Positions 62,475 through 64,000 of a DNA stretch of 64,000 nucleotides are shown piece after piece. Position 1 is the first letter of the stretch. The number at the start of each line of letters is the position of its first letter. The stretch is from positions 1,408,001 through 1,472,000 of the forward strand of contig CBDCFN010000016.1 of assembly GCA_965216315.1 (NCBI GenBank), given 5' to 3'. The position numbers and the translations under genes are program-made. The notes beneath the pieces were generated by a model. It saw only the letters and a list, made by a program, of their open reading frames with translations, was not told the origin of the DNA and made no database searches. Source of the stretch: a bacterium. GTDB lineage: Bacteria; UBA10199; 2-02-FULL-50-16; JAJFLM01.

Positions 62475-62556
62475 GCCTAAGAGCCCGATAATAATCATGT
62501 AGGCGGCTCTATCGAGTCGCCTCGCCTAACAAGCTTTTTAGCGAAGGAGTTTTTAT

Positions 62557-62943
62557 ATGTCTTCAGGATCCCCACCGCCGGCGCCACCGCCAGTCGATTA
62601 TAATCCCGCCATGAGCGTTCAGGCCATGGCCAGTGCTGACAAGATGGCCATGTTCGTCGGAGGCCAGGTTCAGCAAACCATGTTGCAGACCAACATGATG
62701 AACCTCATGGGCATGCGCATGCAGATGATGCAGGAAGACAAGCTCGATGCCAAACTCGAGATTGCCTCCATGAATTACGAAGCGCGCATGCAAGAGGCCC
62801 AGTGGCGTCATGAAGAAAGAACCCAGGAACTGGCCAATAACCACGTCGAAGCCTTAGTCGACAAGGGCATGATGGATCAGGAACAGTTCTCCGACATCCG
62901 CTACCCTTATCAATGGGGCGGTTCGGGAGATGCAGGCGCCTAA
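62557..62943 (+). CDS. Small Met/Gln-rich protein C with poly-Pro N-terminus
   Basis: AAGGAG RBS; 'MSSGSPPPAPPPVDYNPA'; followed by its own terminator. Confidence 0.8.
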   Translation: MSSGSPPPAPPPVDYNPAMSVQAMASADKMAMFVGGQVQQTMLQTNMMNLMGMRMQMMQEDKLDAKLEIASMNYEARMQEAQWRHEERTQELANNHVEALVDKGMMDQEQFSDIRYPYQWGGSGDAGA

Positions 62944-62976
62944 GTAAAGAATATTATATGCTGCAGCTCGTTCAGC

Positions 62977-63015
62977 AAACCCACTTAGAGCGATTGCTTT
63001 AAGTGGGTTTTTTTT
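62977..63015 (+). terminator. Rho-independent terminator
   Basis: Stem AAACCCACTTAGAGC/GCTTTAAGTGGGTTT followed by a T-run. Confidence 0.85.
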
Positions 63016-63064
63016 CGGCTCATCTTGACGCGATTCCATGATACAGATACCCTACTCTCCACTC

Positions 63065-63601
63065 ATGTCTTTCTTCACGGATATCTGGGACAAGATTGCC
63101 AAGGACGATGGAACCGGAACACGCGTCATTAGGTATGGCTCCCTTGATGACTTGGTCTTTCTCTACGCCTCGGGTTTTGTCGACGCCGAAAAATACGATC
63201 TTAAAGCCTGGCTTGAAGCCTTCGATTCAAGCAAACAGAGTGATGGTTCTTACGTCATCAACAAGGGGCACTGGCTTGAAAAGGAAAAGTTCCATTATCA
63301 TGGCCCGATCCGCGATCCGTTTGAAGCCCACCTCATCCCGGAAAAAGAATTCACCGAAGCCGAACTGATTGAGCTCTTTAATCAGTGTATTGTCCCCTCG
63401 TCACAGGCGACCAAAGAATCCATTCCTAATTTCATCCGCCTGTATGAGAATCGAAACCTGCTTAAGAACGGCAAAATGATGATGACCAAAGAGATCAAGC
63501 AGGAATTACATGACTTCATCGAAGCCTTTCCATCCCCCTTGCGCGTGTTGGAAACCCATCTACACGAAATGCTCCCTTCCGCGGAGAAGAAGCCAGAATA
63601 A
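63065..63601 (+). CDS. Hypothetical protein, paralogue family member 2
   Basis: Start moved to ATG 63065 by alignment with member 3 (MSFFTDIWDK vs MALFDEIWKK). Confidence 0.8.
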   Translation: MSFFTDIWDKIAKDDGTGTRVIRYGSLDDLVFLYASGFVDAEKYDLKAWLEAFDSSKQSDGSYVINKGHWLEKEKFHYHGPIRDPFEAHLIPEKEFTEAELIELFNQCIVPSSQATKESIPNFIRLYENRNLLKNGKMMMTKEIKQELHDFIEAFPSPLRVLETHLHEMLPSAEKKPE

Positions 63602-63780
63602 CCCTTGCAGCGCTAGACGCAACGCAGCATTATCAGTTTGAGAATCCCAATTAGCCGAACAATTAAGGCCTCTTCCAACCTCACGTTTTTCCAAGACTTT
63701 TTCAGCTCGCCTGCTTGACGTCACCTTTTAAAAGAGATAATCTGAGATCGTGAGTAATCTCAGGGGGTTAGTGTAAGCTC

Positions 63781-64000
63781 ATGGCGCTGTTTGATGAAAT
63801 TTGGAAAAAGGTTTCCGAAGACGATGGCACGGGCACGCGGGTCATCAAATACGGGTCCAATGAGGACCTCGTCTTCATCTATGCCTCGGGCTTTGTGGAC
63901 TCCGCCAAATACGACCTCAAATCCTGGCTGGATGCCTTCGAGCCGAGCAAACAAGAAGATGGTACCTACAAGGTTTCGCAGGCGCAATGGGCGGAAAAAG
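63781..64000 (+). CDS. Hypothetical protein, paralogue family member 3 (3'-truncated; absent from ORF track)
   Basis: Manual translation MALFDEIWKKVSEDDGTGTRVIKYGSNEDLVFIYASGFVDSAKYDLKSWLDAFEPSKQEDGTYKVSQAQWAEK aligns ungapped with member 2. Confidence 0.85.
   Translation, partial: MALFDEIWKKVSEDDGTGTRVIKYGSNEDLVFIYASGFVDSAKYDLKSWLDAFEPSKQEDGTYKVSQAQWAEK

Noticed and set aside
63760..63987. Minus-strand 75-aa ORF from the track
   Set aside because: Antisense shadow of the plus-strand paralogue starting at 63781
55700..64000. Prophage or integrative element
   Set aside because: No integrase, terminase, capsid, portal or tail genes, and no tRNA 3'-end duplication seen in the window

Overview
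Chromosomal segment of a Gram-negative bacterium whose gene content resembles deltaproteobacteria (inference: A2-type caa3 oxidase operon with SCO, DacZ-type diadenylate cyclase, OmpA barrel protein). Most of 3.6-55 kb is housekeeping: glpX-thrC-hom-aminotransferase-lipA, cox operon, recG, dsbD, lipB, hflX, dnaE, guaAB, bamB/yfgM, der, tRNA-Met, meaB. Orphan genes with recognisable alternative-sigma promoters are interspersed. Three sigma54-type -24/-12 promoters each have an IHF-like box 23-25 nt upstream. They precede (i) a VWD-like protein whose C-terminus resembles type III secretion filament/needle subunits, (ii) an acidic helical orphan and (iii) a ~380-nt GGA-rich stand-alone transcript. 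The most novel region is 55.7-64 kb. It holds a three-member paralogue family of unknown function, three small Gly/Ala/Met/Gln-rich proteins (two are paralogues), a B12-radical SAM enzyme, a prolyl-4-hydroxylase-like oxygenase, a stand-alone DmpG-like aldolase and a possible GNAT-fold protein. Four of its transcription units share a sigma28-like upstream motif. Two tailspike-like beta-helix paralogues, a divergent Leu/Val/Phe dehydrogenase and palindromic repeats near the tRNA were also seen. All family assignments come from motif recognition by eye; no searches were run.
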